Source: Escherichia phage REP1
Sequence record: OQ174500.1
Length of the DNA stretch: 64,000 bases
Strand: one strand, 5' to 3'
The position numbers and the translations under genes are program-made. Under the pieces are notes generated by a model, which saw only the letters and a program-made list of their open reading frames with translations, did not search any database and was not told where the DNA came from. Shown in pieces: positions 57,384 to 64,000 of the stretch. Position 1 is the stretch's first letter. Each line of letters starts with the position of its first letter.

Positions 57384-57463
57384 TGAGTAATTTCCATAAC
57401 GAACATGTGATGCAGTTTTATCGTAATAATTTTAAAACTAAAGGCGTCTTCGGACGCCAGTGA
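57383..57463 (+). CDS. stp: Stp peptide (host PrrC/EcoprrI interaction)
   Basis: 26 aa [26 protein letters not shown], one substitution from recalled T4 Stp; start overlaps the ndd stop (TAATG). Confidence 0.85.
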   Translation: MSNFHNEHVMQFYRNNFKTKGVFGRQ

Positions 57464-57470
57464 GGAAAAT

Positions 57471-57626
57471 ATGAATATTGCAAAATTATTAGGAGTTATT
57501 TCATTTATTTGTTGGATAGTAGCATGTGTTTTAACTATCTGTATTGATGCCAGCAGTGTGTTTTCGCAGGCTTTAGCCCAAGGTATGTGTGCATATTTAA
57601 CATTTGTGTTGTTATCTAATGATTAA
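57471..57626 (+). CDS. ac: small membrane protein at the ac (acriflavine resistance) position
   Basis: 51 aa hydrophobic protein after stp with GAGGAAAAT RBS. Confidence 0.55.
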   Translation: MNIAKLLGVISFICWIVACVLTICIDASSVFSQALAQGMCAYLTFVLLSND

Positions 57627-57759
57627 GAAAATCTTGGGCTATTCATTAGCCCTTGCTATTTTATTGATAGCGTTATATTACGGAATAATGTTCGGATTAA
57701 TTCAAGTCGTGCTTTTCATTTCTGATGTTATTATGGCACTACATTCACTAGTATGGTAA
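57619..57759 (+). CDS. micro membrane peptide
   Basis: 46 aa, overlaps the ac stop; ends 4 nt before gene 52. Confidence 0.4.
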   Translation: MIKKILGYSLALAILLIALYYGIMFGLIQVVLFISDVIMALHSLVW

Positions 57760-57763
57760 ATTT

Positions 57764-59092
57764 ATGCAACTGAATAATCGCGATTTAAAAAGTATCATTG
57801 ATAATGAAGCATTGGCTTATGCTATGTACACGGTTGAAAATCGTGCTATCCCAAATATGATTGACGGATTTAAGCCAGTTCAACGATTTGTTATTGCTCG
57901 AGCTCTTGATTTGGCACGAGGAAATAAAGATAAGTTTCACAAACTCGCTTCTATTGCAGGTGGTGTAGCGGACCTTGGATATCATCATGGTGAAAACTCC
58001 GCACAAGACGCAGGCGCTTTGATGGCTAATACTTGGAATAATAACTTTCCTCTGTTAGATGGTCAAGGAAACTTTGGTTCTCGTACCGTTCAAAAGGCAG
58101 CTGCGAGTCGTTATATTTTTGCTCGTGTAAGTAAAAATTTCTATAGCGTATATAAAGATACTGAATATGCTCCGGTACATCAAGATAAAGAACACATTCC
58201 GCCTGCTTTTTATTTGCCTATTATTCCTACTGTTCTTCTTAATGGTGTTTCCGGTATTGCAACTGGTTATGCAACTTACATTCTTCCTCATAGCGTTTCT
58301 TCTGTCAAGAAAGCTGTACTGCAAGCTCTTCAAGGAAAGAAAGTAACTAAACCGAAGGTTGAATTCCCAGAATTTCGTGGTGAAGTCGTTGAAATTGACG
58401 GTCAATATGAAATTCGTGGAACATACAAGTTTACTTCACGAACTCAAATGAATATCACTGAGATTCCGTATAAGTATGATCGTGAAACTTATGTGAGTAA
58501 AATCTTAGACCCACTTGAAGATAAAGGCTTCATTACATGGGATGATGCTTGTGGTGAGCACGGCTTCGGCTTTAAAGTTAAATTCCGTAAAGAATATTCT
58601 TTGAGCGATAACGAAGAAGAACGCCATGCAAAAATTATGAAAGACTTCGGGTTGATTGAGCGTCGTTCTCAGAATATTACCGTCATTAATGAGAAAGGAA
58701 AGCTACAAGTTTACGATAACGTAGTTGATTTAATTAAAGATTTCGTTGAAGTTCGTAAAACTTATGTCCAAAAACGAATTGATAACAAAATTAAAGAAAC
58801 TGAGTCAGCTTTTCGTTTAGTCTTTGCCAAGGCGCATTTCATTAAGAAAGTAATTTCAGGTGAAATTGTTGTACAAGGTAAAACTCGTAAAGAACTGACC
58901 GAAGAACTTTCTAAAATTGATATGTATTCTTCTTATGTTGATAAACTAGTTGGTATGAACATTTTTCATATGACTTCCGACGAAGCAAAGAAACTTGCTG
59001 AAGAAGCTAAAGCTAAAAAAGAAGAAAACGAATATTGGAAAACTACTGATGTAGTTACAGAATACACTAAAGATTTAGAGGAAATCAAATGA
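57764..59092 (+). CDS. 52: DNA topoisomerase II medium (DNA-binding/cleavage, GyrA-like) subunit gp52
   Basis: 442 aa; GyrA N-terminal-like region (FKPVQRFV...). Confidence 0.85.
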   Translation: MQLNNRDLKSIIDNEALAYAMYTVENRAIPNMIDGFKPVQRFVIARALDLARGNKDKFHKLASIAGGVADLGYHHGENSAQDAGALMANTWNNNFPLLDGQGNFGSRTVQKAAASRYIFARVSKNFYSVYKDTEYAPVHQDKEHIPPAFYLPIIPTVLLNGVSGIATGYATYILPHSVSSVKKAVLQALQGKKVTKPKVEFPEFRGEVVEIDGQYEIRGTYKFTSRTQMNITEIPYKYDRETYVSKILDPLEDKGFITWDDACGEHGFGFKVKFRKEYSLSDNEEERHAKIMKDFGLIERRSQNITVINEKGKLQVYDNVVDLIKDFVEVRKTYVQKRIDNKIKETESAFRLVFAKAHFIKKVISGEIVVQGKTRKELTEELSKIDMYSSYVDKLVGMNIFHMTSDEAKKLAEEAKAKKEENEYWKTTDVVTEYTKDLEEIK

Positions 59093-59238
59093 GTCCATTC
59101 ATTGGTATCACAAGCGCTGCATTAGTATCTGGTAGCATTTTACTGGCGGGTTTAGGTGTTGTTCTAGCCGTAGCAGGAGGTCTTCTTGCATTCGGAATTC
59201 AACGTGTTATCATGACAGTTATCACAGTCATGCAGTAA
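59089..59238 (+). CDS. micro membrane peptide
   Basis: 49 aa glycine/alanine-rich hydrophobic; ATGA overlap with the gene 52 stop. Confidence 0.4.
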   Translation: MSPFIGITSAALVSGSILLAGLGVVLAVAGGLLAFGIQRVIMTVITVMQ

Positions 59239-59243
59239 TTTTA

Positions 59244-59270
59244 GGGAGAGCCGAGGCTCTCCCTTTTTTA
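59244..59270 (+). terminator. GC hairpin with T-run
   Basis: gggagagcc-ga-ggctctccc then tttttta. Confidence 0.6.
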
Positions 59271-59294
59271 TTTCAAAAATTTTTTCACAAAACG

Positions 59295-59324
59295 GTTTAC
59301 AACCAAAGCATACTATGGTACTAT
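59295..59324 (+). promoter_or_regulatory. T4-type early promoter
   Basis: GTTTAC, 18 bp, TGgTACTAT, conserved leader; upstream of motA. Confidence 0.6.
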
Positions 59325-59365
59325 ACAACTATCAACTATTGATACAGAATTACGGAGATTAGAAA

Positions 59366-60001
59366 ATGTCTAAAGTAACTTACATCATCAAAGCTTCTAA
59401 CGATGTTCTGAATGAAAAAACCGCTGCGATTTTAATTACTATTGCTAAGAAAGATTTCATTACAGCTGCAGAAGTTCGTGAGGTGCATCCAGATTTAGGT
59501 AACGCAGTAGTTAATAGTAATATTGGGGTGTTGATTAAAAAAGGCCTGGTGGAGAAATCAGGTGATGGACTAATCATTACTGGTGAAGCTCAGGATATTA
59601 TTTCAAATGCAGCAACTTTATACGCACAGGAAAACGCTCCTGAACTGCTGAAAAAACGAGCAACTCGTAAAGCTCGCGAAATTACTTCTGATATGGAAGA
59701 AGATAAAGACTTCATGTTAAAACTTTTAGATGAAAATGGATTTGTTCTTAAAAAGGTTGAAACTTATCGTAGTAACTATCTCGCTATTTTAGAAAAACGC
59801 ACTCACGGAATTCGTAATTTTGAAATTAATAACAATGGAAATATGCGAATTTTTGGATACAAAATGATGGAACATCATATTCAGAAATTTACTGATATCG
59901 GAATGTCATGTAAAATCGCTAAAAACGGTAATGTGTATCTTGACATTAAACGCTCGGAAGAAAACATTGAAGCAGTAATCACTGTAGCATCTGAACTGTG
60001 A
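59366..60001 (+). CDS. motA: middle-transcription activator MotA
   Basis: 211 aa; size and position between 52 and asiA. Confidence 0.75.
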   Translation: MSKVTYIIKASNDVLNEKTAAILITIAKKDFITAAEVREVHPDLGNAVVNSNIGVLIKKGLVEKSGDGLIITGEAQDIISNAATLYAQENAPELLKKRATRKAREITSDMEEDKDFMLKLLDENGFVLKKVETYRSNYLAILEKRTHGIRNFEINNNGNMRIFGYKMMEHHIQKFTDIGMSCKIAKNGNVYLDIKRSEENIEAVITVASEL

Positions 60002-60011
60002 GGAATAAATA

Positions 60012-60341
60012 ATGAACAAGTTAGAAATTATCAATGAACTTCGTCGTTGTGCAGAACCCACTCAAGAGGGGTGGGATATCTGGTACCATGGAGCTTATCT
60101 TGGAACTATCGTAAAGATTAAGACTGGTAAATACATGATTATTCGTGAAAGTAAAGATGCTCCAGTAGGTATTCGCAATAATTTCATGGCAGCGATAAGT
60201 TCCTTTACAGATGCAGCTTACGAAATTTACCTTGCCGATTATAAAGAATTCCAGGAATCTCAACCGGTTATTCGCTCAATTGGCGTTAACAAAGCTCGAC
60301 AGAAAACTTTGTGGCAGCGTATTAAAGGATGGTTTAAATGA
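60012..60341 (+). CDS. hypothetical protein
   Basis: 109-codon ORF with GAGGAATAAATA RBS. Confidence 0.5.
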   Translation: MNKLEIINELRRCAEPTQEGWDIWYHGAYLGTIVKIKTGKYMIIRESKDAPVGIRNNFMAAISSFTDAAYEIYLADYKEFQESQPVIRSIGVNKARQKTLWQRIKGWFK

Positions 60342-60799
60342 ACCCATTTATCAATCGTTTAAAAATGCTGAATGTTCCTTTATCTCGTGAGACTCCAGAA
60401 AGTCTTGTTGAAAAATTTAAAGCGCATGGTTATAAATGCACAGAAGAAGATATTCTGAAAGAAGTTCCTGAAATCTGTTGGCAGACTGCGTATTGGGATG
60501 AAAACCAAAAGTATCAACGACGAATTGTCTGTGCAGCCAACCGTTTTAAATTAAAAGATGGACGAACTCTTATTATTCCAGGTGCTCGTCATTATTCTAA
60601 AGATATGGCAGAAGTTTTAGATGTAGTTAAACCTCAATTAGTTACTCAACAAGTTTGTAATGATGACCAAGGGTTTATTGACCAATATAGTAATTATTGG
60701 ACACGTGAAGAAGCAATGATTATTGCAACTTACGCTGGACAAGTACGTATTGAACGTGGTGGTAATGAAAAAGAACTTTACTCTGAGGACCTTTACTAA
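60338..60799 (+). CDS. hypothetical protein
   Basis: 153-codon ORF, ATGA overlap. Confidence 0.5.
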   Translation: MNPFINRLKMLNVPLSRETPESLVEKFKAHGYKCTEEDILKEVPEICWQTAYWDENQKYQRRIVCAANRFKLKDGRTLIIPGARHYSKDMAEVLDVVKPQLVTQQVCNDDQGFIDQYSNYWTREEAMIIATYAGQVRIERGGNEKELYSEDLY

Positions 60800-61095
60800 T
60801 GAATATTAAAAAGTTTCAAATTGATGGAATTAAGAATCAAATCCAGGCGTTGGAATATGCTAATAAAATGATGTCAACTAATTGGGGAATTTATGCCAAT
60901 GAACCGGGATTTAAGTTCTGCGATATGGAATTCACTAAAAAGCTTGTAGGAAAAGATTATGTATGTCCATTTAGTTCTATAATAAATGACATGTTAAAAC
61001 CCGCTTTACGCGATCTTTATATTGCGATGAACGAAGAAATGATAAAAGAACTAAAACGTCAACTGAAGGTGATTCAATTTGGCCAGGGAAATTAA
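60799..61095 (+). CDS. hypothetical protein
   Basis: 98-codon ORF, TAATG overlap. Confidence 0.5.
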   Translation: MNIKKFQIDGIKNQIQALEYANKMMSTNWGIYANEPGFKFCDMEFTKKLVGKDYVCPFSSIINDMLKPALRDLYIAMNEEMIKELKRQLKVIQFGQGN

Positions 61096-61297
61096 TTCAA
61101 AATCCGATTATTTTAATTCTCTTAATGATAAAGATAAAAATCTAATACGGCATTTTATCGTTGAGATGGGATATACTGATACACGTGATTTAAGAGAACA
61201 TATATTTGAATGTGGTGTAGCTAAAAAGTTTTCATTCACATGCAAATGTTTGAGAGAGGTAATTCAGCACTATGAACAATTTAGTCGCAAAACATAA
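61079..61297 (+). CDS. hypothetical small protein (start uncertain)
   Basis: Track ORF starts at TTG; first in-frame ATG is at 61166. Confidence 0.3.
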   Translation: MAREINSKSDYFNSLNDKDKNLIRHFIVEMGYTDTRDLREHIFECGVAKKFSFTCKCLREVIQHYEQFSRKT

Positions 61298-61380
61298 TTT
61301 TAATAAAGCTTCTGTTCATAAGGATAAGAAGAAAGCGTTTAAAGAATCTAATCGCAAACAGAAACATAAGGGGAAGGTCT

Positions 61381-61659
61381 ATGATTATTGATTCTCAATC
61401 CGTGGTTCAATACACAATCAAAATTGATATTCTAGAAAAGCTATATAAGTTTCTACCAAACCTATACCATTCAATTGTTAATGAATTAGTTGAAGAACTG
61501 CATCTTGAGAATAATGATTTCTTGATTGGAACTTATAAAGACCTCTCAAAAGCAGGATATTTTTACGTAATTCCAGCTCCAGGAAAAAGTATTGATGATG
61601 TATTAAAAATTATAATGATTTATGTCCATGATTACGAAATTGAAGATTATTTCGAATGA
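61381..61659 (+). CDS. arn: anti-restriction nuclease (Arn)-like acidic protein
   Basis: 92 aa acidic protein immediately upstream of asiA. Confidence 0.5.
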   Translation: MIIDSQSVVQYTIKIDILEKLYKFLPNLYHSIVNELVEELHLENNDFLIGTYKDLSKAGYFYVIPAPGKSIDDVLKIIMIYVHDYEIEDYFE

Positions 61660-61808
61660 GTCATAATCTTGAAAAAGTAATCGAGCATAATGTAGCTCAG
61701 GAACGTAAGTCGTTCAAGGAATTCGTAGAAAAAATTTTTGAAGAAAATAACACAGACCAGTTTACAAATCAAGCGTCTGATGATATTATAACAAAGTCAA
61801 CTAATTGA
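61656..61808 (+). CDS. hypothetical small protein
   Basis: 50 aa; ATGA overlap with the upstream gene; not in the ORF track. Confidence 0.35.
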   Translation: MSHNLEKVIEHNVAQERKSFKEFVEKIFEENNTDQFTNQASDDIITKSTN

Positions 61809-61820
61809 GTGGTATAGTTA

Positions 61821-62093
61821 ATGAATAAAAACATTGATACAGTTCGTGAAATTATTACTGTTGCGTCTATTTTGATTAAATTTTCCAGAGAAGATATTGT
61901 TGAGAATCGTGCTAATTTTATTGCATTTCTGAATGAGATTGGAGTAACGCATGAAGGTAGAAAATTAAATCAGAATTCATTCCGTAAAATTGTTTCTGAA
62001 TTAACTCAAGAAGATAAGAAAACCCTCATCGACGAATTCAACGAGGGTTTTGAGGGTGTATATCGATATCTAGAGATGTATACGAACAAATAA
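61821..62093 (+). CDS. asiA: anti-sigma-70 factor AsiA
   Basis: 90 aa; MNKNIDTVREIITVASILIKFSREDIVENRANFIAFLNEIGVTHEGRKLN... matches recalled T4 AsiA. Confidence 0.92.
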   Translation: MNKNIDTVREIITVASILIKFSREDIVENRANFIAFLNEIGVTHEGRKLNQNSFRKIVSELTQEDKKTLIDEFNEGFEGVYRYLEMYTNK

Positions 62094-62750
62094 TTATTTA
62101 GCCCTTCCTAATATTCTGGCCGCCTGGGCACATATTGATTCAAGGCGGTCATTACTTATATGATCATTTCTATACCAGTACATGGTTATCGTTCCAGCAT
62201 AGATATTATCCAAATTAAAATATGGACAACTGTACATGTAGTTTATTTCAGGAGTAGGCTTTTTAGTTGGTAAAAAAGCAAATTTTGAGTTGGAATAATA
62301 ATGACGTCCATTTAAATGAACTGTATATTCATCCATAGTTTTATCAACAGGATATCCTCCAAGTGATTTTTCAGTTATTGTTGAAGGTAATCTTCCTTCG
62401 TATGCTATAATATCAACAAAATAGTTTAAGTTTTTAGGGCGGAAAGAATACACCGCACTAAAGTCTGCCTCAGATGATATATGAACTATCTGGAGTTGTT
62501 CCAGGGCGACAGATTCAAAGCGTGCATTTCTTTCCTTTTCAATAATTTCACTGTATGTTTCATACTTTGATTGCTTATAGTACTCAAAGAAACTATCTCC
62601 CCTATACCAAACAATCGCCATCATAAATAAAAGAATTACGACAGCTACCCGGGAAGCAAGAACCTTCCCGGTAGCGTTATCTTTGAACAAGCGATCTAGA
62701 ACACCAAACAGAATATCAGAGGGCGAAAATGATATTCTAGGTGCTGCCAT
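62094..62750 (-). CDS. t: holin T
   Basis: 218 aa; N-terminal cytoplasmic region, single TM (VAVVILLFMMAIVWY), large periplasmic domain. Confidence 0.85.
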   Translation of the reverse strand: MAAPRISFSPSDILFGVLDRLFKDNATGKVLASRVAVVILLFMMAIVWYRGDSFFEYYKQSKYETYSEIIEKERNARFESVALEQLQIVHISSEADFSAVYSFRPKNLNYFVDIIAYEGRLPSTITEKSLGGYPVDKTMDEYTVHLNGRHYYSNSKFAFLPTKKPTPEINYMYSCPYFNLDNIYAGTITMYWYRNDHISNDRLESICAQAARILGRAK

Positions 62751-62769
62751 AGACCCTCCTTTTAAGGAT

Positions 62770-62778
62770 ATTTATTCA
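62770..62778 (-). promoter_or_regulatory. late-promoter-like element (AATAAATA) upstream of t
   Basis: Minus strand reads gaATAAATAtcc about 20 nt upstream of AAGGAGG and the t ATG. Confidence 0.4.
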
Positions 62779-62781
62779 AAA

Positions 62782-63567
62782 TTATACTCTTGAACCATAT
62801 ATTGTACCAACTTTAGTCCAAGATGGAGCATTACCAGTAACAGCTTTACCAGCAGCGCCGCCGTTATATTCTGATCCTTGACCGCGAATATTACATTTAC
62901 CTCCTGCGGCACCGGCATCACCACCATTCCCGCCATTATAGATACCATTGACAGACCCTTTACCGGGCGCAGAAATAGTACCAGCAGTAGCACCCTGTTC
63001 CATATTAGCAGACCCACCAGCAGCACCAAATGGACGACCACCTCCACCGCCAAAAGTCAATCTCATTTGTGAAAAAGGAGAGTAGTATCCGCCGCCACCG
63101 CCGCCACCGCCACCTGCGATAACACCATTGTTATTAATACGTAATCTAGTTCCAATTCCGTTATTTATTGCAGTTCCTCCTGCTCCGCCAGCAGAGTTAT
63201 TTCCACCATTCCCGCCGCGACCCCAAACATGCACGCCTGAATTGATATTAAGTGTCACGTATGCATTAGTTAATGAACTAGGAAAATCTAAGCAAGGTTG
63301 CCCAGCTGATGAAGAAACAATATTTCCTGTAATAGTAACAACAACAGGAGTACTACCTTGAGATTTGAGATAATTTATTAGCGTGTCTTTATTATATGAA
63401 TTACTAGCGCCAATACTGTAATATACTTCTTTAGATTGCCCAGCCATTGAACTCATCCAACCGGGAACTGAAACACGAACTGCTCTCATCGCAGCATCCA
63501 TCCAACGTTGTCCAGTTTCATTCACGGCAGATTCGCCAATCCAGCCAGGAACACCTACAATTGCCAT
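62782..63567 (-). CDS. 38: long tail fiber tip adhesin gp38, T2-type (glycine-rich)
   Basis: 261 aa; conserved N-terminal region then several poly-Gly islands separated by variable segments; lies between 37 and t. Confidence 0.8.
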   Translation of the reverse strand: MAIVGVPGWIGESAVNETGQRWMDAAMRAVRVSVPGWMSSMAGQSKEVYYSIGASNSYNKDTLINYLKSQGSTPVVVTITGNIVSSSAGQPCLDFPSSLTNAYVTLNINSGVHVWGRGGNGGNNSAGGAGGTAINNGIGTRLRINNNGVIAGGGGGGGGGYYSPFSQMRLTFGGGGGRPFGAAGGSANMEQGATAGTISAPGKGSVNGIYNGGNGGDAGAAGGKCNIRGQGSEYNGGAAGKAVTGNAPSWTKVGTIYGSRV

Positions 63568-63578
63568 TAAAAATCCTT

Positions 63579-63596
63579 AGAGGGCCGAAGCCCTCT
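63579..63596 (+). terminator. UUCG-tetraloop hairpin between genes 37 and 38
   Basis: agagggc-cgaa-gccctct palindrome; folds on either strand. Confidence 0.45.
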
Positions 63597-63597
63597 T

Positions 63598-64000
63598 TTA
63601 CATAAGTTTAGATTCAAGTTCTTTTACACGAGAAGAAAGTGTTTTCACAGCTTCAACCAGAAGAGCAATCTGGGATTGAGAAGAAACAGTGAGTATTTTA
63701 TTACCCTTAATATCTTCAACTTCACGAACTGCTTCTGGTAAAACATCTTGCAGTGTTTGAGCCACAATACCCGCTTCAGTTTGAACAATTTCACCGCCTA
63801 TATAGTCAGCTTTATCATAGATTAAACCATCAAGCTGTTCAACCTTTTCAAGAGCATTTTCAATAGGTCTGAAATTAGATTTCAAACGAATATCAGAACG
63901 AATATAAACGTTTGGGGCATTTATATTCATGTCAGAATAAGTGTCACCCGTTTGGAATCTCATTCGGCGTGCGGCATTAGTAATGATATCAAGAACTCCG
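63598..64000 (-). CDS. 37: long tail fiber distal subunit gp37, C-terminal part (truncated by window edge)
   Basis: Frame stays open to the window end; C-terminal segment resembles an intramolecular chaperone/autoproteolytic domain (SDIRLK motif). Confidence 0.7.
   Translation of the reverse strand, partial: GVLDIITNAARRMRFQTGDTYSDMNINAPNVYIRSDIRLKSNFRPIENALEKVEQLDGLIYDKADYIGGEIVQTEAGIVAQTLQDVLPEAVREVEDIKGNKILTVSSQSQIALLVEAVKTLSSRVKELESKLM

Noticed and set aside
1128-59324. Repeated 40-60 bp elements as a possible CRISPR array or transposon terminal repeats
   Set aside because: Copies are kilobases apart and irregularly spaced, always sit upstream of genes in one orientation, and contain -35/-10 promoter signals; they are promoter cassettes.
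62772-63053. 93-codon - strand ORF overlapping the 3' part of gene 38
   Set aside because: Alternate frame within gene 38; produced by the glycine-codon repeat composition.
1-64000. tRNA, rRNA or other structured RNA genes
   Set aside because: No cloverleaf-like GC-rich segments in intergenic regions; the T4 tRNA cluster lies outside this map segment. The intergenic GC hairpins are short UUCG stem-loops.
1-64000. Integrase, transposase or IS elements
   Set aside because: No ORF shows recombinase or transposase motifs; the only candidate mobile gene is the GIY-YIG endonuclease-like ORF at 18326.

Overview
This window reads as a contiguous 64 kb block of a T-even (T4-like, Tequatrovirus-type) coliphage genome, almost entirely transcribed on the + strand in the order known for the T4 early/middle region. 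Recognisable genes, in order: nrdC-proximal ORF block, nrdC, pin, 49, nrdD, nrdG, 55, agt, 47, 46, rpbA, 45, 44, 62, regA, 43, imm, 42, a glycosyltransferase, uvsX, 40, 41, dmd, sp, 61, 56, soc, modB, modA, srd, dda, dexA, 39, rIIA, rIIB, denB, ndd, stp, ac, 52, motA, arn, asiA. The window ends with the convergent late genes t (holin), 38 and the 3' end of 37 on the - strand. Many products match T4 proteins from memory (gp44, gp41, rIIB, AsiA, Stp, Ndd, NrdC); identities were assigned from sequence motifs, sizes and synteny, without any database search. Differences from T4 proper: topoisomerase gene 39 is one unsplit 605-codon ORF (no gene 60 bypass), nrdD has no intron or homing endonuclease, the beta-gt position holds an unrelated GT-A-type glycosyltransferase, and gp38 is the long glycine-rich T2-type adhesin with a gp37 C-terminal chaperone-like domain. 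Regulatory content is dense: at least 17 early promoters (-35 GTTTAC, extended -10), several with a near-identical transcribed leader and a preceding UUCG-tetraloop hairpin (promoter-early-stem-loop cassettes), MotA-box middle promoter candidates, a few TATAAATA-like late promoters, and the gene 43 translational operator hairpin. No tRNA, rRNA, CRISPR, integrase or transposase was found. I see no clearly novel system; the best candidates for poorly characterised biology are the 5' block (nucleotidyltransferase plus AAA ATPase plus four coiled-coil-tailed ORFs), a GIY-YIG homing-endonuclease-like gene wedged between agt and 47, several tandem paralog arrays, and clusters of tiny membrane-peptide genes. 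Track ORFs that start at TTG/GTG and read through promoters were re-started at the first ATG with a Shine-Dalgarno sequence; element coordinates are good to about +/-2 nt.
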